A stretch of DNA of 64,000 nt. Origin: an uncultured Trueperaceae bacterium (lineage in GTDB: Bacteria > Deinococcota > Deinococci > Deinococcales > Trueperaceae). Positions 1-12,000 of this stretch are shown piece after piece. Location of the stretch: assembly GCA_963815215.1 (NCBI GenBank), contig CAWFFU010000003.1, forward strand, positions 416,001 through 480,000, written 5' to 3'. The translations under genes and the position numbers were made by a program. The notes under the pieces are model-generated. The model saw only the letters and a list, made by a program, of their open reading frames with translations. It did no database searches and was not told the DNA's origin. How positions within the stretch are numbered: the stretch's first letter is position 1; the number at the start of each line of letters is the position of its first letter.

Positions 1-446
1 AGCACCTGCCGCAGGATAGGGCGCCGCGCCAGGGCCTGCTCGCCCAGCGCGCTGTCGTCGTGAGGAGGGTCGCGCCACAACAGCGTCTTCAGGGGGCTGC
101 GCGCGATCTCATCGCGAACCAGGGCGTAGATCTTCTTGTAGGGCGCGTCGTTGGCCACGAAGAACACGCCGACCGCCAGGTCCCGGTCGCGTTCCAGGAA
201 CAGGCCACGTGCCTCGAGCTCTCGTCGGAACAGGCGGTGCGGGATCTGCGTGAGCACGCCCGCCCCGTCACCGGTCTTGCCGTCTGCGCTGACCGCGCCG
301 CGGTGTGCCAGGTTATGGAGCGCCTGCAGGGAGTACGCCAGGACGTCGTGGCTCCTCCGACCGCCCATGTCGGCGACGAAACCGACGCCACAAGCGTCGC
401 GCTCGAGGGGCCAGGCGAGGGTCGTGACGTCGGAGTACTGGTGCAT
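1..446 (-). CDS. gltB: Glutamate synthase large subunit, N-terminal part (runs off window edge)
   Basis: Not in ORF track. Manual translation from ATG 446: MHQYSDVTTLAWPLERDACGVGFVAD...AHRGAVSADGKTGDGAGVLTQIPH, the GltB class II amidotransferase N-terminus; GGGAGG SD upstream. Confidence 0.95.
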   Translation of the reverse strand, partial: MHQYSDVTTLAWPLERDACGVGFVADMGGRRSHDVLAYSLQALHNLAHRGAVSADGKTGDGAGVLTQIPHRLFRRELEARGLFLERDRDLAVGVFFVANDAPYKKIYALVRDEIARSPLKTLLWRDPPHDDSALGEQALARRPILRQV

Positions 447-689
447 CGCATCCTCCCGTAGGGGACGAAGTTCGTGGCAGTCTGTGGTGAACGGAGGGCG
501 CGTCCTCGGCGACTCCGTGGGACGCGTACCGATGGGCTCCCTGAGGAGCTAATCCTCGGGGGCCGTCCCCGGCATTCGAATCGGCAACCTGGTCAACGCA
601 AGCCTCATGCTCGCCGCCACCTCTCAAGCCCTTGCAGGACGCGGCAACTCCTTACAGGACCGGCCGCTTCGCGAGCGGCCTCGATGCGA

Positions 690-718
690 ATGATACCGTC
701 CACGAGCGACCCTGTCAA
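690..718 (-). promoter_or_regulatory. sigma70-type promoter for gltB
   Basis: Minus strand TTGACA-17 nt-TATCAT. Confidence 0.75.
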
Positions 719-871
719 CGCGCTGGGCGTCTCCGGCGATGCCGTCGGCGGGCTGTTTGTTACGTTTTCGAAGCGAAGCTGCGGCGTCCCCCTGGGTTTC
801 GTTACGGCGGGTTGCACTGCGAGCGCCATGCGCACCCCGAAGCAAGGTTATGCAGAAGCGCGAGCGAGTGC

Positions 872-2515
<1,644 letters not shown>

Positions 2516-2572
2516 GTCTCGCCTCCCGACTCCCCTAGCGGAGACCGCTTCGGACGCTTCGCCCTACGCCCG

Positions 2573-4132
<1,560 letters not shown>

Positions 4133-4181
4133 GTCGATCGACTCTCTCTCCGAGATCCCGGTCCCGCCGTGGCGCGCCGGG

Positions 4182-5183
4182 TCAGGCGTTGTCCTTCGCG
4201 ATGAACGGCATCATGTTGCGGAGTTTGCGTCCCACCTGCGACACGAGGGTCTCCCCCGTCGCACGACGCTGCGCCTGTAGTCGCGGCTGACCCACCTGGT
4301 TCTCGAGCAAGAACTCGCGGGCGAACGAGCCGGTCTGGATGTCGCGCAGCACGTGCTTCATCTCCTCACGGGTGCGCTCGGTCACGATCCTCGGTCCGGT
4401 CACATAGTCGCCGTACTCGGCGGTGTTCGAGATGCTGTATCGCATCCGCTCGAAGCCGCCTTCGTAGATCAGGTCCACGATCAGCTTCATCTCGTGGACG
4501 CACTCGAAGTAGGCGATCTCGGGCTGGTAGCCGGCGTCGACCAGCGTCTCGAACCCCGCCTGCATGAGCGAGGTCACGCCACCGCAGAGCACCGCCTGCT
4601 CACCGAACAGGTCGGTCTCGGTCTCTTCCTTGAAGCTGGTCTCCAGCACGCCGCCACGGGTGCCCCCGATGGCCTTGGCGTAGGCCAGGGCGCGCTGCAT
4701 GGCGGTACCGGTGGCGTCCTGGTGGACGGCGACCAGGCAGGGCACGCCCGCACCCTCGGTGTACACGCGCCGGACCAGGTGCCCCGGCCCCTTGGGGGCG
4801 ATCATGAACACGTCGACCCCGGCCGGCGCCTGCACCTGGTGGAAGTGGACGTTGAAGCCGTGTGCGAACAGCAGAGCATTGCCCTCGTGCAGGTGCGGCG
4901 CGATCTGCTGGCGGTAGACAGCCCCCTGGACCTCGTCCGGCAGCAGGATCATCACCAGGTCGCCGGCCTCCGCCGCAGCCTCGACTTCCATCACCCTGAG
5001 TCCTGCCTGTTCGGCCTGCTGCCAGGACGTTGAGTCCTTTCGTAGGCCCACCACCACCTCGAGGCCGGACTCCATGGCATTGAGGGCGTGGGCGTGTCCC
5101 TGGGAGCCGTAGCCGATCACGGCGATGGTCTGGCCGCTGAGGTGCTCGAGGTTCGCGTCGTCGTCGTAGTAGATGGTGGCCAT
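4182..5183 (-). CDS. ilvC: Ketol-acid reductoisomerase
   Basis: [33 protein letters not shown]. Confidence 0.98.
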   Translation of the reverse strand: MATIYYDDDANLEHLSGQTIAVIGYGSQGHAHALNAMESGLEVVVGLRKDSTSWQQAEQAGLRVMEVEAAAEAGDLVMILLPDEVQGAVYRQQIAPHLHEGNALLFAHGFNVHFHQVQAPAGVDVFMIAPKGPGHLVRRVYTEGAGVPCLVAVHQDATGTAMQRALAYAKAIGGTRGGVLETSFKEETETDLFGEQAVLCGGVTSLMQAGFETLVDAGYQPEIAYFECVHEMKLIVDLIYEGGFERMRYSISNTAEYGDYVTGPRIVTERTREEMKHVLRDIQTGSFAREFLLENQVGQPRLQAQRRATGETLVSQVGRKLRNMMPFIAKDNA

Positions 5184-5320
5184 GCTAGGGGTGCTCTCCT
5201 TACGTCCGTGGGAGGGCCGGTTGCGGCGTGGGCCCCGGGGGGCTCGATGCGGCGCACCGGCACACGTCGATGGGGTCCGGGCCAGGCGCCCGGGGGTCGA
5301 TGAAACCGGAACCCGCGAGC

Positions 5321-5851
5321 TCAGGCGGCTCGGGACCGGACGGCGGGTAGTCGTTCGCTGTCGGACTCGCTGCGGGGCAGCGCGACGCGCCCGGTGCGGA
5401 TGACCTCGGCGATGCCGAAGTCGCGCATCTGCTCGATGAAGGCGTTCATCTTGCCTTCGTCGCCGGTAACCTCGAAGACGAGCGCATGACGCGCCACGTC
5501 GACGATGCGGGCACGGAAGTCCTGCGCGATCTGACGGATCTCTACGCGGTCCTCGGGAGTGCGCACCGCGACCTTGATCAACATCAGCTCGCGGTCGATG
5601 AACTTGGACTGGCTGTGATCGATCACCTTGATCACGTCGATCAGCTTCTGGAGCTGCTTCTGGACCTGCTCCAGCACGGAGTCCTCGCCGGTGACGACGA
5701 AGGTGGTCCGGCTGATGCCCGGCTCCTCCGATTGCGCCACCGAGAGCGATTCGATGTTGAATCCACGTCGAGCGAACAGGCCCGCGATGCGCACCAGCAC
5801 GCCCGGACGATCGCGCACCGTCACGCTCATGACGTGCCGGCCGGCGCTCAC
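5321..5851 (-). CDS. ilvH: Acetolactate synthase small subunit
   Basis: ACT domain [21 protein letters not shown]; overlaps ilvB stop. Confidence 0.96.
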   Translation of the reverse strand: MSAGRHVMSVTVRDRPGVLVRIAGLFARRGFNIESLSVAQSEEPGISRTTFVVTGEDSVLEQVQKQLQKLIDVIKVIDHSQSKFIDRELMLIKVAVRTPEDRVEIRQIAQDFRARIVDVARHALVFEVTGDEGKMNAFIEQMRDFGIAEVIRTGRVALPRSESDSERLPAVRSRAA

Positions 5852-7554
5852 GCCGGGACCTCCGACGGGCTCTCGGAGGGAGTGTCGTCCGGCTCCTGGT
5901 CGCCCACGATCATCTCGTCGACGCCGGCTCCCGCAGGGATCATCGGGAACACCTTCTCGGCTTCGTACACGAAGAAGTTGATGACTGCCGGCTTCCCTTT
6001 GGCGAGGACCTCGGGCACGACCCGGGCCGCCGTCTCACGGTCGAAGACGTTATAGCCGTCGAGACCGTAGGCCTCCGCCAGCTTCGCGAAGTCGGGGTTG
6101 GAGTCGGCGAGGTAGATCTCGCTGTAGCGTTCTGCGCTGAACATCTCCTGCCACTGCCGGACCATGCCCAGCACCCCGTTGTTGAGGATGGCGAGCACCA
6201 CCGGGAGCTGGTGCTTGTAGAGCGTCGCCAGCTCCTGGATGTTCATCTGCACGCTGCCGTCACCGGCGATGCACACCACCGGCTCGCCGGGGCGGGCGAA
6301 GGACGCTCCGATGGCAGCCGGCAGCCCGAAGCCCATGGTGCCCAGCCCGCCCGAGGTGATGAAGGTCCGTGGCTTGGTGGTCGGGAACAGCCGGGCGGCG
6401 AACATCTGGTGCTGACCCACCTCGGTGGTGACGACGCACTCGCCGCCGGTAGCCTGGTGCAGGAGCTGGATGACCTCCTGCGAGACCAGCGGCTGGTCGG
6501 TCTTGTAGCGCTCGGGGTACATCGTCTTCCACTCGTCGAGCTGCTCCCGCCAGGGGTCGATCTCCAGACGATCGAGGGCGTTCGCCAGCCTGGGAAGCAC
6601 GTCCCGAAGGTCCCCCACCACGGGGACGTGGGCCTTCACCAGCTTCGAGATCTCGGCGGGATCGATGTCGACGTGCACGACCGTGGCGTTGGGAGCGAAG
6701 CGGCTGATCTTCCCGGTGACGCGGTCGTCGAACCGCAGACCGGCGCCGAGGATGAGGTCGCAGTGGGTGATGGCGCGGTTCGCCGTGACCGTCCCGTGCA
6801 TGCCGGGCATGCCCAAGGCCTGTCGGTCACCGGCCGGGTAGGCGCCGATGCCCATGAGGGTGGTGATGACCGGGATGCCCGTCTTGCGAGCGAAGGCCAC
6901 CACCTCATCCGAGGCCACCTGACCGCCGCCGCCGACCATCAACACGGGACGCTCGGCCGCGCGGATCGCTTCGGCCGCCTTGCGAAGCTGCCCGGCGTGC
7001 CCGCCAACCGTCGGCCGATAGCCGGGAAGGTCGACCTCGACGTCGAAGCTGCCATGGAACTCGGCTTGCTGCACGTCCTTGGGAAGATCGATCAGAACCG
7101 GACCGGGGCGTCCGGTGGAGGCGATGTGGAAGGCCTCGGCCACCACCCTCGGGATGTCGTCGACGTTCTTGACCAGATAGTTGTGCTTGGTGACGGGGGC
7201 GGTGATGCCGTAGACGTCCGCCTCCTGGAAGGCGTCGGTGCCGATGAGCGTAGTGGCGACGTTGCCGGTGACCGCCACCACGGCCGAGGAGTCCATCTGC
7301 GCCGTTGCCAATCCCGTGACCAGGTTGGTCGCGCCCGGACCGCTGGTCGCGAAACACACGCCGACGCGGCCCGACGCCCGGTAGTAGGCATCCGCGGCAT
7401 GGGCGCCGGCCTGCTCGTGCCGCACCAGTACGTGCTTGATCGGCGAGTCGTAGAGTGCGTCGTACACCGGCAGGATGGCGCCTCCGGGGTGACCGAAGAC
7501 GGTGTCCACGCCTTGGCGCTCCAGCGCCTTCAACAGGGCTTCTGCACCTTTCAT
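5848..7554 (-). CDS. ilvB: Acetolactate synthase large subunit
   Basis: [15 protein letters not shown] motif GDGS..MNIQEL..NN. Confidence 0.97.
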   Translation of the reverse strand: MKGAEALLKALERQGVDTVFGHPGGAILPVYDALYDSPIKHVLVRHEQAGAHAADAYYRASGRVGVCFATSGPGATNLVTGLATAQMDSSAVVAVTGNVATTLIGTDAFQEADVYGITAPVTKHNYLVKNVDDIPRVVAEAFHIASTGRPGPVLIDLPKDVQQAEFHGSFDVEVDLPGYRPTVGGHAGQLRKAAEAIRAAERPVLMVGGGGQVASDEVVAFARKTGIPVITTLMGIGAYPAGDRQALGMPGMHGTVTANRAITHCDLILGAGLRFDDRVTGKISRFAPNATVVHVDIDPAEISKLVKAHVPVVGDLRDVLPRLANALDRLEIDPWREQLDEWKTMYPERYKTDQPLVSQEVIQLLHQATGGECVVTTEVGQHQMFAARLFPTTKPRTFITSGGLGTMGFGLPAAIGASFARPGEPVVCIAGDGSVQMNIQELATLYKHQLPVVLAILNNGVLGMVRQWQEMFSAERYSEIYLADSNPDFAKLAEAYGLDGYNVFDRETAARVVPEVLAKGKPAVINFFVYEAEKVFPMIPAGAGVDEMIVGDQEPDDTPSESPSEVPA

Positions 7555-7600
7555 GGCTCCTCCTACCTCAACTCTCGTGTCGCGAACGGATCGGTGAATG

Positions 7601-7634
7601 AAAAAGGCCCCGCCTTACCGAAGGAGGCGGGGCC
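7601..7634 (-). terminator. Attenuator terminator upstream of ilvB
   Basis: Minus: GGCCCCGCCT-ccttcggta-AGGCGGGGCC-TTTTT, between promoter and ilvB RBS. Confidence 0.85.
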
Positions 7635-7655
7635 ACAGGCTTTCAGCCGAAGCAT

Positions 7656-7727
7656 CTAAGCAATGGGCGCCCCTGAATGTAGCCGTAGGCCGTGTACCGC
7701 GGCGTCCGAGTGGGGGGCGCTTGTCAT
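7656..7727 (-). CDS. Putative ilv-leu leader peptide MTSAPHSDAAVHGLRLHSGAPIA
   Basis: Short ORF between promoter and terminator, with rare codons GTA(Val), CTA x2(Leu), ATT(Ile). Confidence 0.7.
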   Translation of the reverse strand: MTSAPHSDAAVHGLRLHSGAPIA

Positions 7728-7735
7728 TGGTGGGG

Positions 7736-7765
7736 AGTATACGTAGCGGCCTACCCGAGTGTCAA
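7736..7765 (-). promoter_or_regulatory. sigma70-type promoter of the ilv-leu operon
   Basis: TTGACA-18 nt-TATACT, 8 nt before leader ATG. Confidence 0.8.
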
Positions 7766-7960
7766 GGAAGCCGGCGTGCGGGTTGCGCTTGCAGGCTGCG
7801 CCTTCCATGCCGCACACTGAAGGGACTTGATGCAAGCCGGGAAGGATGTAGGAGGAGCTACGCACTTCGTCTCAACGGCGAGCCACTGGGAGCCCATCCA
7901 TCGTCATCGGCGTCAGGGTGGGGGCGGCTCGGCCGAGGCGGAACCCCCAGGAGGTCCACC

Positions 7961-8236
7961 ATCGAAATCCTACGCGTCTCCGGAACCTCGCGACCCAACT
8001 CCGTGGCTGGGGCCATCGCCGCGCTCCTTCGCAACGAGGGGGAAGTCGAAGTCCAAGCGATCGGCCCGCATGCCGTCAACCAGGCCGTGAAGGCGATCGC
8101 GATCGCTCGCTCGTACATCGAAGCGGAGGGGCTCGACCTGCGCACGGTGCCGTCCTTCGTCAAACTCGAGCTCCAGAACGAGGAGCGCACGGCGGTCCGC
8201 TTCGCAGTGCAGTCCATGGAGGTCGCCAGGCCCTGA
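7961..8236 (+). CDS. spoVS: Stage V sporulation protein S family protein (probable ATC start)
   Basis: EILRVSGTSRPNSVAGAIA...QAIGPHAVNQAVKAIAIAR...EERTA; AGGAGGT SD 5 nt before ATC. Confidence 0.92.
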   Translation: MEILRVSGTSRPNSVAGAIAALLRNEGEVEVQAIGPHAVNQAVKAIAIARSYIEAEGLDLRTVPSFVKLELQNEERTAVRFAVQSMEVARP

Positions 8237-8310
8237 CGGCGGCCGCCCGACCGCCGTCCCCGCTGCTGCGCGGTCCTAGGTGCCGTGGCTTGCCATGGAT
8301 TCTCATGGAA

Positions 8311-8331
8311 TCTGAGTACACTTAGCTCAAG
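8311..8331. promoter_or_regulatory. HAIR-like (HspR operator) inverted repeat overlapping a TACACT -10
   Basis: TCTGAGT-N7-GCTCAAG versus consensus CTTGAGT-N7-ACTCAAG. Confidence 0.7.
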
Positions 8332-8415
8332 TCGGTGCGCCCTTGGAGGGGCGCCCCGTAGCGAACGTAGGCACTCCGGCCGCTCCGGCCTTATCAAGGA
8401 GGACGAGAAGGAGCT

Positions 8416-9099
8416 ATGATCTTCGGCTTCTACGGTTACTACCTCATCGGTATCGTTGCGTTCATCGCATCGCTGGCTATCCAGGGCTGGCTCAAGAGCA
8501 CCTACGGCACCTGGATGAAACGAGCCAATGCCGCCGGGTTGAGTGGTGCGGAGGTGGCGCGCGCCATCCTCCAGGCCAACGGCATCGGCGACGTGCGGGT
8601 CGAAGCAGTGCAGGGCCAGCTCACCGACCACTACGACCCTTCCAAGAAGGTCGTGCGGCTGTCGGCCGACAACTTCCGCAGCGCCAGCGTAGCCGGGATG
8701 GCGGTCGCTGCGCACGAGACGGGGCACGCCATCCAGCACGCGCGGTCGTTCGCGCCGCTGTCGTGGCGTACGGCCATCCTCCCCGCGGCCAACATCGGTA
8801 GTCAGTTCGGTCCCATGCTGGCGTTCTTCGGGCTGCTGCTCGGCGTGGCCGGCAAGCCGCTGCTGACGGTCGGGATCGTGCTCTTCGCTGCTGCCGTGGT
8901 GTTCCACCTGGTGACGCTGCCGGTCGAGTTCGACGCCAGCCGCCGTGGCCTGGGACAGTTGCAGCGCCTCGGGCTCGTCACCGCCCAGGACCAGGGGGGC
9001 GCCCGTAAGGTGCTCACCGCTGCCGCCATGACGTACGTGGCCGCGGCCGCCACCTCGATCGCGTACCTGCTCTACTTCCTCGGGGCCGCCCGCCGCTAG
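8416..9099 (+). CDS. Membrane zinc metallopeptidase, YugP family
   Basis: LTDHYDP, AAHETGHA (HExxH), TLPVEFDAS, AAAMTYVA. Confidence 0.92.
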   Translation: MIFGFYGYYLIGIVAFIASLAIQGWLKSTYGTWMKRANAAGLSGAEVARAILQANGIGDVRVEAVQGQLTDHYDPSKKVVRLSADNFRSASVAGMAVAAHETGHAIQHARSFAPLSWRTAILPAANIGSQFGPMLAFFGLLLGVAGKPLLTVGIVLFAAAVVFHLVTLPVEFDASRRGLGQLQRLGLVTAQDQGGARKVLTAAAMTYVAAAATSIAYLLYFLGAARR

Positions 9100-9128
9100 C
9101 CGCCCGGCCACGCCGGGAGCATTGGATC

Positions 9129-10376
9129 GTGTTGCAGACCCGGGCTCGCATCCTCGCTGTTGACGTCCTGCGCCGCGTTCTGCGCGGCGCTTTCCTTGCA
9201 CCGACGCTGCGTGGCGCCCTCGACGCCTCCGATCTCGAGGGCGCCGATCGGTCCTTCGTGACCGACCTCAGCTACGGCACGCTGCGCCGTCTCGCCTGGC
9301 TGGACGCCGCGTTGGCGCCTCGACTGCGCGCCCCAGAGCGCCTACCCGAGCGCGTGCTGGCCGCTTTGCGCCTGGCGGCGTACGACCTGCTGGTGCGTCG
9401 GACGCCCCGCCGCGCGGTCGTCCATGCCTGGGTGGACGTCGTCAAGGCCGACGAGCCCCGGCTGTCCGGGCTGGTCAACGCGGTGTTGCGGCGCGTAGAG
9501 GCGCCGCCTGCACCGGAGGACCGGCTACGCCTGGCGCTGCCGGGCTGGCTCGCCGAGCGGTTCGAGGACGCGCTGGGCCCGGAGGCGGCGGACCGCTCCG
9601 CGCTGGCGATGCTCGAGCCCGGCCCGCTGTGGTTACGGTGCTACGGCGAGGGCGCCGCACAGAGCCTGGCGGCGGACGGTTGCGACACCCGCCCCGGCCC
9701 GATCGAGCGAACGTTGCGCGTGCGCTCCCCTGTACCGGTCGACCGCCTCGTCGCCTACCGGAACGGCCTGGTACAGCCGCAGAACCCCGCCTCATCGCTC
9801 CCCGCCGAGGTGCTGGCGGTCCGCGCCGGCGAGCGTGTGCTCGACCTGGCCGCCGGCAACGGCATCAAGACCGCCCAGCTCGCGGCCGCCGGCGGCTCGG
9901 TCACGGCCGTCGACGTGGATCCGCGGAAGGAGGCTCCGCGCCGGGCCAATCTGGCGCGACTGCGTCTCGAGGCCCGGCACCTCACCGCCGACCTGACCCG
10001 TCCGGCCGACTTGACGCCGGCGGAAGCCGTCCTGCTGGACGCGCCCTGCACGGGCACCGGTACCCTCCGCGGGCATCCCGAGATCAAGCTGCGCCTGACC
10101 CCCGAGGACGTGGACCTGGCCGCCGCCCGGCAGAGCGCCATGCTCGACACGGCTGCGGACTTGACCGCCCCCGGCGGACGGCTGGTATACGCGGTCTGCT
10201 CGCTGACGGACACCGAAGGCGAGGGCCAGCTCCGGGCGTTCCTGGAGCGGCACGCCGACTTCCATGTCGACCCCGTGTCCTGCTCGCTTCCGCACGTGGT
10301 GGCGAGCGCCGGCATCTATCTCGTGCCCGAGGACGGGCTCGACGGCTTCTACCTCTGCCGCCTGCGGCGCGACTGA
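9129..10376 (+). CDS. rsmB: RsmB/Sun family RNA m5C methyltransferase with NusB-like N-terminus
   Basis: LVNAVLR, DLAAGNGIKT, LLDAPCTGTG, VYAVCS. Confidence 0.85.
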   Translation: MLQTRARILAVDVLRRVLRGAFLAPTLRGALDASDLEGADRSFVTDLSYGTLRRLAWLDAALAPRLRAPERLPERVLAALRLAAYDLLVRRTPRRAVVHAWVDVVKADEPRLSGLVNAVLRRVEAPPAPEDRLRLALPGWLAERFEDALGPEAADRSALAMLEPGPLWLRCYGEGAAQSLAADGCDTRPGPIERTLRVRSPVPVDRLVAYRNGLVQPQNPASSLPAEVLAVRAGERVLDLAAGNGIKTAQLAAAGGSVTAVDVDPRKEAPRRANLARLRLEARHLTADLTRPADLTPAEAVLLDAPCTGTGTLRGHPEIKLRLTPEDVDLAAARQSAMLDTAADLTAPGGRLVYAVCSLTDTEGEGQLRAFLERHADFHVDPVSCSLPHVVASAGIYLVPEDGLDGFYLCRLRRD

Positions 10377-10472
10377 GGGCCGGTGGGATCGCCCGGCCCG
10401 GGCGGTTGCTACCATGGCGCCATCGTTCGGAGCGCCCGCCGGCCCCTGCCGACGGACAGGTGAGGAGGCCAA

Positions 10473-11378
10473 GTGGCACGCAAGGAAGCTGTAGCCCTGT
10501 CGGAGCGGGTGGTGTATCTGCCAGGCGGGGTCAACTGCGCGCTGGTCCTCGGGGAAGGGAACCGGGCCGTGGTGGTCGACAGCGGGCAGGACAAGGATTA
10601 CGGCCGCGACCTGCGAAGGGCCTGCGAGGCACTGGGGGTCACGCCGGTAGCCATCGTCAACACGCACGCGCACGCCGACCACTTCGGCGGCAACGCCTAC
10701 CTGCTGCGCCAGTTCCCGGAGATCGTCGTGTACGCACCCCCTTTCGAGGCGAGCATCATCCGGGCGCCGTACCTCGAGCCGGTGTACCTCTTCCACGGCG
10801 CGCGACCGCCTGGGGAGCTGACCACGAAGTGGCTCCAGGCCGAGGCGTCGCCTGTTCATGTCGAGCTCGAGGCCGGACCGTTCGAGATCGCGGGCATCGC
10901 CTTCGAGGCCCTCGACACCTCCGGGCACGCCCACCGTCAGCTCGCGTTACGCGTCGACGACGTCCTGCTGGCGGCCGACGCGTTCTTCGGCGACGCCGTG
11001 CTCGAGAAGTACGGCCTGCCGTTCGGGCAGGACATCGGCGGGCAGATCGCCGCTCTCGAAGCGGTGCGGAGCAGCAGCGCACGGGTGGCGTTGCCCGGTC
11101 ATGGTGACCCGAGCGAGGACCTCGACCGTTCGATCGCCGCCAACCGGACGGCCATCGCCGCCGCCGCCGATGCCGTGGAACGGGCGTGCCAGGGCGCGAG
11201 TAGTGAGGACGTGCTCGTGGCTGCGTGCGAGGCGCTGAACGTCGAGCTCAGCGATCTCCCCCGCTACCATCTCAACTTCTGTACGGTGTCGGCCTACCTC
11301 ACCTACCTGCGCGAGCAGGGTCGGGTCGAAGGGCGCCTGGAAAGCGGGCGCCTGGTGTGGCGGCACGCGGCGGCGTGA
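10473..11378 (+). CDS. MBL-fold metallo-hydrolase
   Basis: THAHADHFGG, GH, D, PGHG motifs. Confidence 0.9.
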   Translation: MARKEAVALSERVVYLPGGVNCALVLGEGNRAVVVDSGQDKDYGRDLRRACEALGVTPVAIVNTHAHADHFGGNAYLLRQFPEIVVYAPPFEASIIRAPYLEPVYLFHGARPPGELTTKWLQAEASPVHVELEAGPFEIAGIAFEALDTSGHAHRQLALRVDDVLLAADAFFGDAVLEKYGLPFGQDIGGQIAALEAVRSSSARVALPGHGDPSEDLDRSIAANRTAIAAAADAVERACQGASSEDVLVAACEALNVELSDLPRYHLNFCTVSAYLTYLREQGRVEGRLESGRLVWRHAAA

Positions 11379-11387
11379 ACCAGGATC

Positions 11388-11921
11388 CTAGGATCGGAAC
11401 AGGTACGGCTCCAAGAGCGGCATGACACACACGCGTTCCTCCAGGGGTTCGCCCAGCAAGTGCGTGTGCACCGTCTCGTGCTCCTGGAAGCCCAGGTGTC
11501 GGTAGAAGCCGCGGGCCGCTTCATTGCGCTCGGCCACGGTGAGCCGGATCTCGCGTGCGCCGCGGGCGGCGAACCAGGGGCGGGCGGTCTCCAGCAGGCG
11601 CCGCCCGTGGCCGTGGCGCTGGGCTTCCGGGAGCACGTAGATGGCGCCGACATAGCCGACGTCGCCGCGCATGCTCAGACGCTCGTACGCCACCACCCGA
11701 CCGTCCTCTTCGAGCACCCACAGGCCCCCGTCGTTGACCGCGGCGAGGATACGGTAGTCGCTGTAGGCCCGGCGCAGGAAGGCGTCGATCGTGGGCTTGC
11801 TGAGGATGACGTCATAGGTGGCGTGCCAGGTGGTCGACGCCACCTCACGCACCGCCGGCAGATCGGCCGGCGAAGCGATTCTGACGGTGGCGTAGGGATG
11901 CACGGCATCGATGGCCAACAC
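11388..11921 (-). CDS. GNAT N-acetyltransferase
   Basis: YVLPEAQRHGHGRRL, NEAARGFYRHLGF; start set at GTG 11921 after GGAG. Confidence 0.85.
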   Translation of the reverse strand: MLAIDAVHPYATVRIASPADLPAVREVASTTWHATYDVILSKPTIDAFLRRAYSDYRILAAVNDGGLWVLEEDGRVVAYERLSMRGDVGYVGAIYVLPEAQRHGHGRRLLETARPWFAARGAREIRLTVAERNEAARGFYRHLGFQEHETVHTHLLGEPLEERVCVMPLLEPYLFRS

Positions 11922-12000
11922 GGGAGACTCCGACGAAGGATACGTCGCGGGTAGTATATAGGGACGGCACCCCAGCGGGTGCGGAAGGGGGCGAGGACCC

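Noticed and set aside
447..689. Glutamine (glnA / Downstream-peptide) riboswitch in the gltB leader
   Set aside because: Conserved core sequences not recognisable
760..777. TTACG-starting sequence resembling the DdrO/RDRM radiation motif
   Set aside because: Right half does not fit the 17-bp palindrome
5200..5320. Degenerate CCGGGGG..TCGATG repeats between ilvH and ilvC
   Set aside because: Only two or three short imperfect copies in GC-rich DNA; not CRISPR-like, no regular spacing
7555..7730. T-box riboswitch upstream of ilvB
   Set aside because: No T-box consensus and leader too short; leader-peptide model fits better
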